Shown here: positions 23,232-31,895 of the stretch, piece after piece | Numbering within the stretch: the first letter of the stretch is position 1 | Layout of the letters: every line of letters starts with the position of its first letter | Assembly: GCF_006345805.1 (NCBI RefSeq) | Contig: NW_021832162.1 | Span: forward strand, 1 to 31,895 | Direction: 5' to 3' | DNA length: 31,895 nt | Source: Octopus sinensis | Lineage: Eukaryota | Position numbers and translations under genes: made by a program | Notes under the pieces: generated by a model | Told to the model about the DNA's origin: nothing | Databases searched by the model: none | Seen by the model: the letters and a program-made list of their open reading frames with translations, nothing else

Positions 23232-23637
23232 GACAGGCTTCTTTCAGTTTCCATCTACGAAATCCATTCACAAGGCTTTGGTCAGCCTGAGGCTATAGTA
23301 GAAAACACTTGCCCAAAATGCCATGCAATGGGACTGAACCCTGAACCATGTGGTTGGGGGGAGCAAGCTTCTTACCACACAACCACTCCTGTGCCTATAT
23401 AGATATATATGTGAGTGTGTGTGTGTTTTGTGTCTTGTTTGTCCCCCTATCACCAAGTATTGGTTTGTTTACATCACTGTAACTTAGCCGTTCAGCAGCT
23501 GAGACCAATAGAATAAGTCCTTGACTTTAAAACAAATTAGTGCAAGGATTGATTCATTCAACTAAAATTCTTCAAGGCAGTGCTCCAGCATGGCCACAGT
23601 CTAATGACTGAAACAAGTAGAAAATAAAGATAAAAGA
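22686..23637 (+). mobile_element. SINE family A host copy, split by a nested insertion (halves 22686-22850 and ~23400-23637)
   Basis: The 5' and 3' halves are in order on plus, separated at the internal microsatellite site by a complete minus-strand copy. Confidence 0.85.
22858..23395 (-). mobile_element. Full-length SINE family A nested in opposite orientation
   Basis: Complete reverse complement of 7963-8366 with a ~170-bp internal (TA)n/(TG)n tract. Confidence 0.92.
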
Positions 23638-23782
23638 TGTGTATTGGGTGCAATGATGCAATCATTTATCTTAGGGTTAGGGTAAGGGTTAGCGTAAGAG
23701 TCAGTTGAAGTAGGGTCTGCATACTATTTTGCAACTTTTTTTCTTTTTGCATTCAGTAGTAGGGTCATGGTTGGAATGTAAC

Positions 23783-24215
23783 TCACCTGAGACCACCATT
23801 AGTTCTATGATACAAATTCCATGTGTTAACATGACGTAAATTAAAATCTTCTATCAAAATGTCAATTTATGTTCCAAACACCAGCTTAATAATGACAAAA
23901 GTCATTTTAATTTTACTAAATTTTTCATGATTTTCAAGATTAATTAGATAATTAATTACTTAAAACACAAGGCAAAGACTTCTTTAACCCTTTTGATACC
24001 AACTTGCCTGAAACTAACCCTCGTTTTCTAATATAAATTTCATGTATAAAAGTGGTCTTAATTAAAGACCTTCCATCAAAATTCCTTGTTAATTTATGTT
24101 GGAAACATCAGATGAATAATAACGAAGTGATTTTACTAAATTCTTAATTATGATCAAAATTAATTGAAACAAAGCCAGTGTATTTCTACTGAAATATTGT
24201 GTCAAAAACATAAAG
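23783..24215 (+). mobile_element. Two tandem, diverged copies of a piggyBac-type MITE
   Basis: TTAA|CCCTTTTGATACC at 23984-24000. Segments 23783-23983 and 23988-24215 share atcaaaat...aatttatgtt..aaaca.cag...aataat...attttactaaatt. Confidence 0.6.
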
Positions 24216-24401
24216 CAGGGTCTCCAAAGTGTTCAATATTGAACCCCCTAGGGGTTGATGAGACTATTCAAAGAATTGATAAATGAGCATCTATTTAGTT
24301 ATTGTTATTATTTATTTACTTTCTTATACATGCCTGGGGATCGATGAAGGGTCAAGGATTCTATGAAGGGGTCTATGGTCTAAAAAGTTTGGGGACCCCT
24401 G
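24216..24401. mobile_element. hAT-Charlie/MER5-like MITE (186 bp)
   Basis: Ends CAGGGTCTCCAAA and TTTGGGGACCCCTG; TSD poorly preserved. Confidence 0.75.
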
Positions 24402-24424
24402 CTGTAAAAACACCTACCTAAATA

Positions 24425-24766
24425 TTGTAGGGAGGAGAAAACCTGCTTGTGGAATTAACGTGCAAGTGGCGGAGCACTCCACAGACACGTGTACCCTTAA
24501 CATAATTCTCGGGGAGATTCAGCTTGACAAAGATTGTGATAAGGCTGGCCCTTTGAAATACAGGTACAACAGAAACAGGAAGTAAGAGTGAGAGAAAGTT
24601 GTGGTGAAAGAGTACAGCAGGGTTCGCCACCATCCGCTGCCAGAGCCTCATGGAGCTTTAGGTGTTTTCATTCAATAAACACTCACAATGCCTGGTCTGG
24701 TAATCGAAACCACGATCCTACAACCACAAGTCCACTGCCCTAACCACTGGGCCATTGCACCTCCAC
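24425..24766 (-). mobile_element. tRNA-derived SINE family E (Arg-like head), subfamily 1
   Basis: Reverse complement of the TSD-flanked copy at 30354-30739. Confidence 0.92.
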
Positions 24767-25299
24767 AAGGGAGCCTCTACAAAGTCACTGAATCTGTAGA
24801 AGTAGCAACCAAATCACCCTCAATTCGCACCTCACTGATACCTTTTTGAAAAAAAGACACACAAAATAGGTCTACTTGACGAAGAATTTAATTCCAGACA
24901 TAACAGCAAAATCGGTGGAATGGTCAATGCTTTTGATCACAGGTCTATTCAGCCAGGACAAATCTGAGGCAAGACACATTGCAAGCAGTAACTCCCCCCA
25001 ACTAAGGTATAGAACCACCCCAAGTAAAGGTATTTCTGATAGGAATGTATTGATGTTGATACAGCTAACAGTGAAGGGGAGGGGGAAGAATTTATAAAAG
25101 ACAAGCACGTGCTGCCACCTACAGTTTTTGTCTTCTTACCATTAAATATGAGGAATTTCTCAATCTAGAACCATCAAACCATGAAATTAGTTTCATCCAC
25201 CTCGTAGGTTCTGCGAGTGCATGACACCAAAATGTCCACTTGAGTCTACCTTCCATCGTAATGTATGTCGTGGGTTATACTGGGTATGCATGTAAGGTA

Positions 25300-25403
25300 T
25301 GTATGTGTGTGTGTATAATGTATGTTACATGAATATGTTTGTGTGTATGCATGTATATATGTATATATATATATATATGTATATGTATGTATGTATGTAT
25401 GTA

Positions 25404-25440
<37 letters not shown>

Positions 25441-25534
25441 ATATGTTATATGAGTATGTGTGAATGTATGTATGTGTGTGTGTATTTATGTGTATATGAA
25501 AGTGTATCTCTCCCTCTCTCTCTCTTGCTCTGTA

Positions 25535-25575
<41 letters not shown>

Positions 25576-25620
25576 TATATACACACAAGCATATACATAT
25601 CTTACTACTACTACTACTAC

Positions 25621-25695
<75 letters not shown>

Positions 25696-25740
25696 TATCG
25701 TTATTATTATTATTATTATTACTACTACTACTACTCTTAT
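25300..25740. repeat. (TG)n, (TA)n, (TAT)n/(CAT)n microsatellites
   Basis: Directly visible. Confidence 0.95.
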
Positions 25741-25742
25741 TA

Positions 25743-25895
25743 AGGTGGTTGGCTTGCAGAGTCATTACGATGCTGGACAAAATGCTTAGCAGCATTTCTC
25801 TTGGCTTTGCATTCTGAATTCAAATGTTAAATCTATCCTTCACAAAATGAGTACCAGTTGAGTCAGTTGATGTAATCAACTGTAACCCCACCTCA
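25743..25895 (+). mobile_element. Degenerate SINE family B
   Basis: ttgcagagtcattacgatgctggacaaaatgcttagc...ttctgaattcaaat...gagtaccagttgag matches 5827-6010. Confidence 0.75.
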
Positions 25896-26239
25896 CATCC
25901 TGTAGCAGAAACGGATGTAAGCCAATGAAGTTCATAACACAATCTCTTGTATGTATGTATGTATGTATGTATGTATGTATGTAGAGATAAGGCTGTTCGG
26001 CTCTGGTCCCTCCTCCCATACTTTTACCCATCTTTTGCTCTTCACCCTTTAGCATAAAGGTGCTCCTTTCCCCCACCCTTGGGGTGATGATGATGATGAT
26101 GTATGTAATGTGGGTTCTCTCTACATTTGGTCACATGCCAACATCAAGGGAACTGACTACATCTCTGTCCAAACTTCTTACCCTGTGGTTGTCATTTTTA
26201 CATTTAGTAGTGTCGGCCATGCTGGGGCACCATCTTTAG

Positions 26240-26405
26240 TATGATTGGTTTGTATTTCTTGTTCGCTTCCTGGCCTCCCCTGCAGAACTGTTTCCGGTGA
26301 AGTAGCAAGTTGGTCAGAGCTGCCTTTCTTTGTTTTTGACCATGGTGCAGACTCATCTGGTACCTTAGATAAAGATTTGTCAAAATGTTCTTTGAAAAAT
26401 CCAGC
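26240..26405 (-). mobile_element. LINE (CR1/L2 group) ORF2 3'-end fragment
   Basis: Minus strand FFKEHFDKSLSKVPDE resembles the FKxxLDxxLSKVPDEP motif near the end of invertebrate CR1-group ORF2. Confidence 0.5.
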
Positions 26406-26419
26406 ATCCAGCATCCAGT

Positions 26420-26547
26420 CATAGAAGCCATGCCACAATAGATGGTTGGCGTCCAGACAGCCACCGGCTAACTGGCCCCATGTCAAACTGCCCAACTATG
26501 CCAGCATAGAGTGTGGGCATTAAACAATGATGATGATGATGATAATA

Positions 26548-26596
<49 letters not shown>

Positions 26597-26606
26597 GGAT
26601 GATGAT
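26420..26606 (+). mobile_element. Family D retroposon 3' part with long (GAT)n tail
   Basis: ccagtcatagaagccatgcc...aactatgccagcatag...cattaaacaatgatgatg. Confidence 0.7.
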
Positions 26607-26744
26607 CAACACCTTACAGATTGCAAAGGCACGTTGGCAGAGTGTTGAAAATTTGCTATCCTTTGAATCCTAAAATGTTACAGTACATGGGTCCTTACTC
26701 TAGACAGAGAGAACAGATCCAGTACTATTATTATTAACCATCTT

Positions 26745-27152
26745 ACACATAAAATTATTAACCATCTTACAAACAATAACTCTGAGCACCTTTTCAAACT
26801 CCACCCGTCTAACACCCGGGGACATATTTACAAAGTCAGAAAACAGCACAGCTCCCATGACTTTAGGAAACATATTTTCACGCTGAGAGTTGCTGAAGCA
26901 TGGAACAAACTGCTGGCATCAGTTGTTAGTTGTCGGAGCACTGCATCCTTCAAAACTTCCATGCTTCCTGAGATTCGCCAATACTACACCTGATTTCCTC
27001 CCCTCCATACACACACAAGCATGTATCTGACTCATACATTGTTCGCTTTCCAGACATTTGTATATTACTGCATATACTTTATACGCACTTTCTGACAAGT
27101 TGTGGTGCACCTGAGCACTGTATACAATAATTCATTATTATTATTATATATA

Positions 27153-27188
<36 letters not shown>

Positions 27189-27198
27189 CATTTTGTTA

Positions 27199-27235
<37 letters not shown>

Positions 27236-27236
27236 A

Positions 27237-27269
<33 letters not shown>

Positions 27270-27314
27270 TGTAATTATTATTATTATTATTAGTAGTAGT
27301 AGTAGTAGTATTAG

Positions 27315-27345
<31 letters not shown>

Positions 27346-27361
27346 TATTATTATTATTATT
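26745..27361 (+). mobile_element. 5'-truncated CR1-clade LINE with (ATT)n tail
   Basis: Uninterrupted frame 26745-26993 THKIINHLT...SNTRGHIYKVRKQ...FRKHIFTLRVAEAWNKLLASVV...SFKTS...-stop (classic CR1 TRGH / RV..WN.LP / FK end), then 3' UTR and ~230 bp of (ATT)n. Confidence 0.92.
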
Positions 27362-27420
27362 ACTGCAAAAGAAATCCTTATTATAGTTTTTTCAATGTCG
27401 TTTTGTTTCTCTTGTTTCAG

Positions 27421-27542
27421 GTGGAACGATCGTCATTTACTCCTTTGCTTCAAGTCCTGGAAATACTACGAAATGCTTGGACAGTTGTTTTTACAAGGTC
27501 GACTGGAAAATATTGTTGGTATGAAAGTTCGTGAAATTGAAC
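27421..27542 (+). CDS. Probable internal coding exon of an unidentified host gene (alternative donor at 27519)
   Basis: Strong acceptor ttttgtttctcttgtttcag|, donor AAC|GTAAGT, CpG-rich unique sequence. Open frame (R)WNDRHLLLCFKSWKYYEMLGQLFLQGRLENIVGMKVREIE. A second frame, GGTIVIYSFASSPGNTTKCLDSCFYKVDWKILL, is open to the TTG|GTATGA donor. Confidence 0.65.
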
Positions 27543-27589
27543 GTAAGTATTTATAATTATCTTTGGAGCTGACCTGGAGTAGGGAAGGT

Positions 27590-27965
27590 GTTGTTGTTTA
27601 TGTTTGTTTGTTGAGCGAAGCGGTCTTCGTCCCATTAGTGGGAGAAGTCCGTAACATGGTCCTTTGCTATTTGTAAGACCTGCAGAAGAGAAAGCAGGTT
27701 AACCCCCCGACACCGAGAGCATCGACGGATCGATGAATGCGCATCCAGGCTCAACAGTTGTGTAGGAAGTCGGGGACAAGAAACAGGAAGAAAGAGTGAG
27801 AGAAAGTTGGAGTGAAAGAGTACAACAGGGGTCTCCACCACCCCCTGCCGGAGCCTCGTGGAGCTTTAGATGTTTTCGCTCAACACACACAACGCCTGGT
27901 CTGGAAATCGAAACCGCGATCCTCCAACCGCGAGTCCGCTGCCCTAACCACTGGGCCATTGCGCC
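27590..27965 (-). mobile_element. SINE family E head with a different 3' body (subfamily 2), (CAAA)n-like tail
   Basis: Bases 27779-27965 match the 30359-30548 head (A box TGGCCCAGTGG, B box GGTTTCGATT); 27590-27778 is unrelated to the subfamily 1 body. Confidence 0.9.
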
Positions 27966-28262
27966 CTCTGTTGTTGATGAGATTGTGAATGGCAATTAAA
28001 TGACATTGACCAAATGATTAGTCAAACAATTAATTAATGAATTGGTTGCATAGTCAACTAATTGACAAAGTGAAATACAACCAGTGCATGTGTTTTATTA
28101 TTGGAATAATGACTCTTCCAAAATACAATAAAATTAAAACATATATACACTCTCTCATACACACATATATATGTATGTGTGTGTATATACATATATTTAT
28201 AAACAAACCCCATGTTATGACAAAAAAGGTAGATCTGTGTTTTTGTTTTCATGTTCTCGTAG

Positions 28263-28327
28263 CCAATGGTGTTGTATGCAACAGGTTTCCAACAGCTGAA
28301 GATGTGCAATGCTCGTTGGAGTGTTGA
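28263..28327 (+). CDS. Probable next exon of the same unidentified gene (terminal in one frame, or internal to 28346 in the other)
   Basis: Strong acceptor gtgtttttgttttcatgttctcgtag|. The phase-1 join gives PNGVVCNRFPTAEDVQCSLEC-stop with AATAAA at 28465. The phase-0 join gives PMVLYATGFQQLKMCNARWSVDRETLSL to a possible CTT|GTACGG donor. Confidence 0.55.
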
Positions 28328-28648
28328 CAGAGAAACTTTAAGTCTTGTACGGAAGTCTCCATACCTGTATCATTTAATATATATATATTATAATATATAT
28401 ATATATATATATATAAATTATATTAGGCAAATCAAACAGTGAAAAACTTAAACCAAAACATAAAAATAAAATTAATTAATATAATTTACAAAATATATAA
28501 AATATAAAATTTGAAATTTAAATTATTTAAATTTAAAATTATTAATTTATATTTATAATTTTTTTTGATAAGTTATATATAACTATTAAAAAGTATTAAA
28601 AAGTTTATTATAAGGTAAGTATATATATTATATATATATGCATATATA

Positions 28649-28688
<40 letters not shown>

Positions 28689-29007
28689 CAATTCTTTTTT
28701 TGAATGGTGGATCTTGAAGTAGACAAAGCTATAAATAAAATTTCAGGCCTTATTCCTGATACTTGTTGCCCCTCCCCTCCACTGAATGTCTCCCATTTAC
28801 TACTATTGTAAACACCCGTATTGGTATTGCTATCATGACCACCACCACTGAGACACTCACCTGTAGGTTCTACCCCTGTCCCATTTCTACAATGCACATT
28901 GATTTGGTGTTGATATAATCAATAGGTCATGTTGCCCCATGATCCAAGGTACTTTTGAGTGGGCTGGTTATGCAACACTAGTATAGGTTACAACTGTGAA
29001 CTCACTT

Positions 29008-29039
<32 letters not shown>

Positions 29040-29256
29040 TACACACATACATACACACACACACACCACACACATACACATACACACACACACACACACC
29101 CATACACTCACACATACATGTATATATATAAAGAATAAAATATTCTGAATGATACAACAATGCACTATAATACCTTATAATATAGTGCATTGGCGTGTCA
29201 TTCAAAATATTTTATTCTTTACAAACAATACACAATGCTTCAAGCAAACTACAATA

Positions 29257-29290
<34 letters not shown>

Positions 29291-29293
<3 letters not shown>

Positions 29294-29517
29294 TGTGTTC
29301 AAAAAGTCTCTCCACAGTCATAACTTTCACATGGTCCATACCATTTCAGACTTTCCAAGATGTGTTTCAAAACATGTGTAGAAGAGTCAACTTATGTATT
29401 GAAAATGAAGGGCGATACTTTCAACTCTTTGTTATTCTCTTTGTAGTTTTATACCATCTTATAAATATTTATTTTGTAATAGAATACTTACTGCGGAGAG
29501 ACTTTTTGAAAACCCTT
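29291..29517 (+). mobile_element. Tc1/mariner-derived MITE (~227 bp)
   Basis: 28-bp TIRs matching 24/28 (CAGTGTGTTCAAAAAGTCTCTCCACAGT), inserted in (TA)n. The interior encodes a transposase C-terminus SIPFQTFQDVFQNMCRRVNLCIENEGRYFQ. Confidence 0.85.
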
Positions 29518-29595
29518 ATATATATATATGTATTATACAAGCAGGAGCTGTGTAAATTCCATGGAATGGAAAAAAAATTAAGAGGAGCTGTTTAA

Positions 29596-29865
29596 CCCTT
29601 TTGGCCTGGCTGGTATATATTTATACCAGTCAAAAATTCTACAACCTTTGTAATGCAGTGTTTTTTCTGCTCTGGTTTTTCTGCTAAGTATGTTGCACCA
29701 GACGTATGATTGGAGTGTATGACACTATAATGACAGCTCAAAAGACTCACGTGTGTACAACTCCCCCCTGCCTTTTACCAGCTTCAGAAAAATTTCTTGA
29801 GAAAAATTTCTTGAGAAAAATTTCTTGAGAAAGAATTCTTGAGAAAAAATTCCGGGTTGAAAGGG
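29596..29865. mobile_element. piggyBac-type MITE (270 bp) with intact TTAA target duplication
   Basis: TTAA|CCCTTT ... AAAGGG|TTAA; internal 4 x 14-bp repeat at 29787-29842. Confidence 0.85.
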
Positions 29866-30353
29866 TTAAGAAAGAACGGATGATCTGCATTTTTATAGCC
29901 TTCATAGTTTAGCTTTCTTTAAATATTCTTGACGTTCATCCACATTCATCTCCTCACGTCTGTCACATGGTGTCTTTTTCCTCTTTTTCTTACATCTTCT
30001 TGCTGTTCCTCTCTGATCTGTGCTCTATATCCGTGCATCTTTTCTGGGGCAACTTGCAACTGTACTTCTTGTGAATCCTGTGTTTAGGCTAAATTAACCC
30101 TTATAAACAAATATCAACTTTTTAAATGAGCAGATAATAAATAATTGCACTTATGCATATGCAATGGTCACTATAAAAAAAAATTTGTTCAATAAAAAGA
30201 TTGTTTGCCATTATCAACACACCACCACCACTGTCTACCTCTCTCTCTCTCTCTCTCTCTCCTCTCTCAATACAACTGCTTCACCTGTCTATCTCTTTCT
30301 ATTACCTTTCCCTTCAGCTAACTTTCTAACCACGTAATAAGTATTCCTTTCCC

Positions 30354-30739
30354 GTGGAGGCGCAATGGCCCAGTGGTTAGGGCAACGGACTCGCAGTCAT
30401 AGGATCGCGGTTTCGATTCCAGACCGGGCGTTGTGAGTGTTTATTGAGTGAAAACACCTAAAAGCTCCACGATGCTCCGGCAGGGGATGGTGGTGATCCC
30501 TGCTGTACCCTTTCACCACAACTTTCTCTCACTCTTACTTCCTGTTTCTGTTGTACCTGTACTTCAAAGGGTCGGCCTTGTCACTCTCTGTGTCATGCTG
30601 AATATCCCCGAGAACTACGTTAAGGGTGCACGTGTCTGTGGATTGCTCAGCCACTTACATGTTAATTTCACAAGCAGGCTGTTTCGTTGATTCGGATCAA
30701 CCGGAACCCTCATCGTCGTAACCGACGGAGTGCTTCCAC
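30354..30739 (+). mobile_element. Full-length SINE family E subfamily 1 with 11-bp TSD
   Basis: TSD attcctttccc at 30343-30353 and 30740-30750; tRNA-like head with A and B boxes; 3' end catcgtcgtaaccgacggagtgc is RTE-like (inference). Confidence 0.96.
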
Positions 30740-30904
30740 ATTCCTTTCCCACTCCACCACACATCATTAACACTTCTCTCTCCCTCTTTTCCTCTCATCA
30801 TCTTTTTCTCATTCTTCATCTTTACCTTCAGCTGACCTCATGACCATCTGGCCTAAATATATCAATATTAATCCCCTTCTGCATTATTGTGAAGGGCATC
30901 CGAA

Positions 30905-31060
30905 TAGAGAAACCTTGCCAAAGTAGATATAGAATCTGTCAGAACCCTCCTGTGCTTTTATTCTTGTTGAAATGTCCAATCCATGTCAGCATGGCAAGAA
31001 GGATGTTAAATAATGATGGTGGTGATGACAATGATAATGATAAGGATGATGATGATGTAT
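30905..31060 (+). mobile_element. Degenerate family D retroposon
   Basis: gaagggcatccg...gaaaccttgccaaa...caatccatgtcagcatgg...gatgttaaataatgatggt. Confidence 0.65.
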
Positions 31061-31089
31061 AAATGTATTTATGTAATTTCCATGCTATA

Positions 31090-31330
31090 TCTTGTGATGT
31101 CCCTTTAGACACATCTTCGGTGATGCTTTCTCGGGGTTGTTCACTGTTCCTTCAGGTTTTTCCACAATCAGACACCTTATTCTCTTCACCCAGGTGAGAC
31201 AATCAGACTGGATCTAGCCCCAGATTTTGGCCAGTTTATACTGTTCTATGAAGCATTACACCTGCCATGGATCATAGCTCTTGATCCACAGCCAACAACA
31301 TTGCGCAGTCCCTGTTACCTCCATAACCAC
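31090..31330 (-). mobile_element. Decayed RTE LINE 3' fragment
   Basis: In order on minus: RAMIHGRCNA (RAMIRWICNV), LAK-LGLD, WVKRIRCLIVE, and NNPEK or, shifted one base, PRK (GRPRK). Confidence 0.6.
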
Positions 31331-31568
31331 CTTGAAGGCGAGAGAACTAGCATGTATGCATGTGTGTATGTGTGTGTATGAATGCGTGTGTGTGAGTGTG
31401 TGTTGTTGTTGTGTGTATGTGTGGGTGAGTAGTTAAAAGTTAAAAATGTGTGCTTTATTGTCAGTTTTACTGAGTGACTTTGAAGTTTTGGTGAAACTTC
31501 ATAGTTATTATCAATAGTTATATAAATCTCTATTGATTCACCACACACACACACACATGCATATATAG

Positions 31569-31604
<36 letters not shown>

Positions 31605-31735
31605 CACAGGTACAGATATATATGTGTGTGTATGTATGCTTCTATGTATCTATCCATCTGTCTATCTATCTATTTATCCATATATTATATATGTATATGT
31701 GTGAATGTGTATATATATATATATGTGTGTGTGTA

Positions 31736-31781
<46 letters not shown>

Positions 31782-31789
31782 ATAAATGG

Positions 31790-31835
31790 CGGTGCCCCAG
31801 CATGGCCACAGCTCAAGAGCTGAAACTGGAAAACA
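31790..31835 (+). mobile_element. SINE family A 3'-terminal fragment
   Basis: ggcggtgccccagcatggccacagctcaagagctgaaac. Confidence 0.7.
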
Positions 31836-31850
31836 TAGACATAAACATAA

Positions 31851-31885
<35 letters not shown>

Positions 31886-31895
31886 TGTATGTATG

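Noticed and set aside
23671-23700. Telomere or telomere-fusion site
   Set aside because: Only two perfect TTAGGG units plus degenerate ones; short interstitial runs are common in repeats.
26286-26420. Host exon TVSGEVASWSELPFFVFDHG after a strong polypyrimidine tract
   Set aside because: No good donor; the opposite strand matches a LINE ORF2 end (FK..FD..LSKVPDE).
21925-28346. Family assignment of the candidate exons (YWTD/WD40 propeller, Na+/H+ exchanger ILLP motif, pseudouridine synthase, D-serine dehydratase)
   Set aside because: Each rests on a few residues by eye and they are mutually incompatible; a profile search is needed.
28612-28865. Perfect donors AAG|GTAAGT (plus, 28615) and CAG|GTGAGT (minus, ~28860)
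   Set aside because: No open exon with a suitable acceptor precedes either; such matches are expected by chance in 32 kb.
30359-30430. tRNA gene
   Set aside because: A and B boxes are present but there is no acceptor-stem closure, and it continues into a multi-copy SINE body with a TSD. The same applies to the other SINE heads.
31194-31335. LDL-receptor YWTD-like exon GETIRLDLAPDFGQFILFYEALHLPWIIALDP
   Set aside because: The resemblance is explained by the antisense of an RTE fragment (RAMIRWICNV, LAKLGL, LIVE motifs in order); the YWTD core is absent and the phase does not fit the upstream exon.
106-31823. Most ORFs in the six-frame track (YI-, CV-, HT-, LSIY-, poly-H/T/D/S-rich)
   Set aside because: They are translations of microsatellites, which lack stop codons in several frames; no splice or codon evidence.

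Overview
Eukaryotic, AT-rich genomic DNA, almost certainly from an octopod cephalopod (Octopus-like). This is inferred from the recurrent tRNA-derived SINE families and the extreme (TA)n/(CA)n/(TATC)n/(TACA)n microsatellite load. The window reads as intronic or intergenic sequence made mostly of simple repeats and decayed mobile elements. These include at least four SINE families (about 20 copies or fragments), Tc1/mariner elements (a near-full-length DD34E pseudogene, an internally deleted DD37D copy, MITEs), hAT and piggyBac-type MITEs, a hAT transposase remnant, and RTE, CR1 and Penelope retroelement fragments. Nearly all ORFs in the supplied track are microsatellite translation artefacts. 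The only credible host-gene signal is two, possibly three, small plus-strand exons (27421-27542, 28263-28327/28346, weakly 21925-22021) of an unidentified protein. No prokaryotic system, CRISPR array, rRNA or true tRNA gene is supported. The best leads are structural: a young 8x50-bp VNTR born inside a dead RTE, a SINE nested head-to-head in its own family giving crossing dsRNA helices, inverted SINEs flanking the candidate exons, a 92-bp-arm foldback, a perfect 50-bp palindrome and a hammerhead-ribozyme-like relic. All identifications are by-eye motif recognition; no database search was run.
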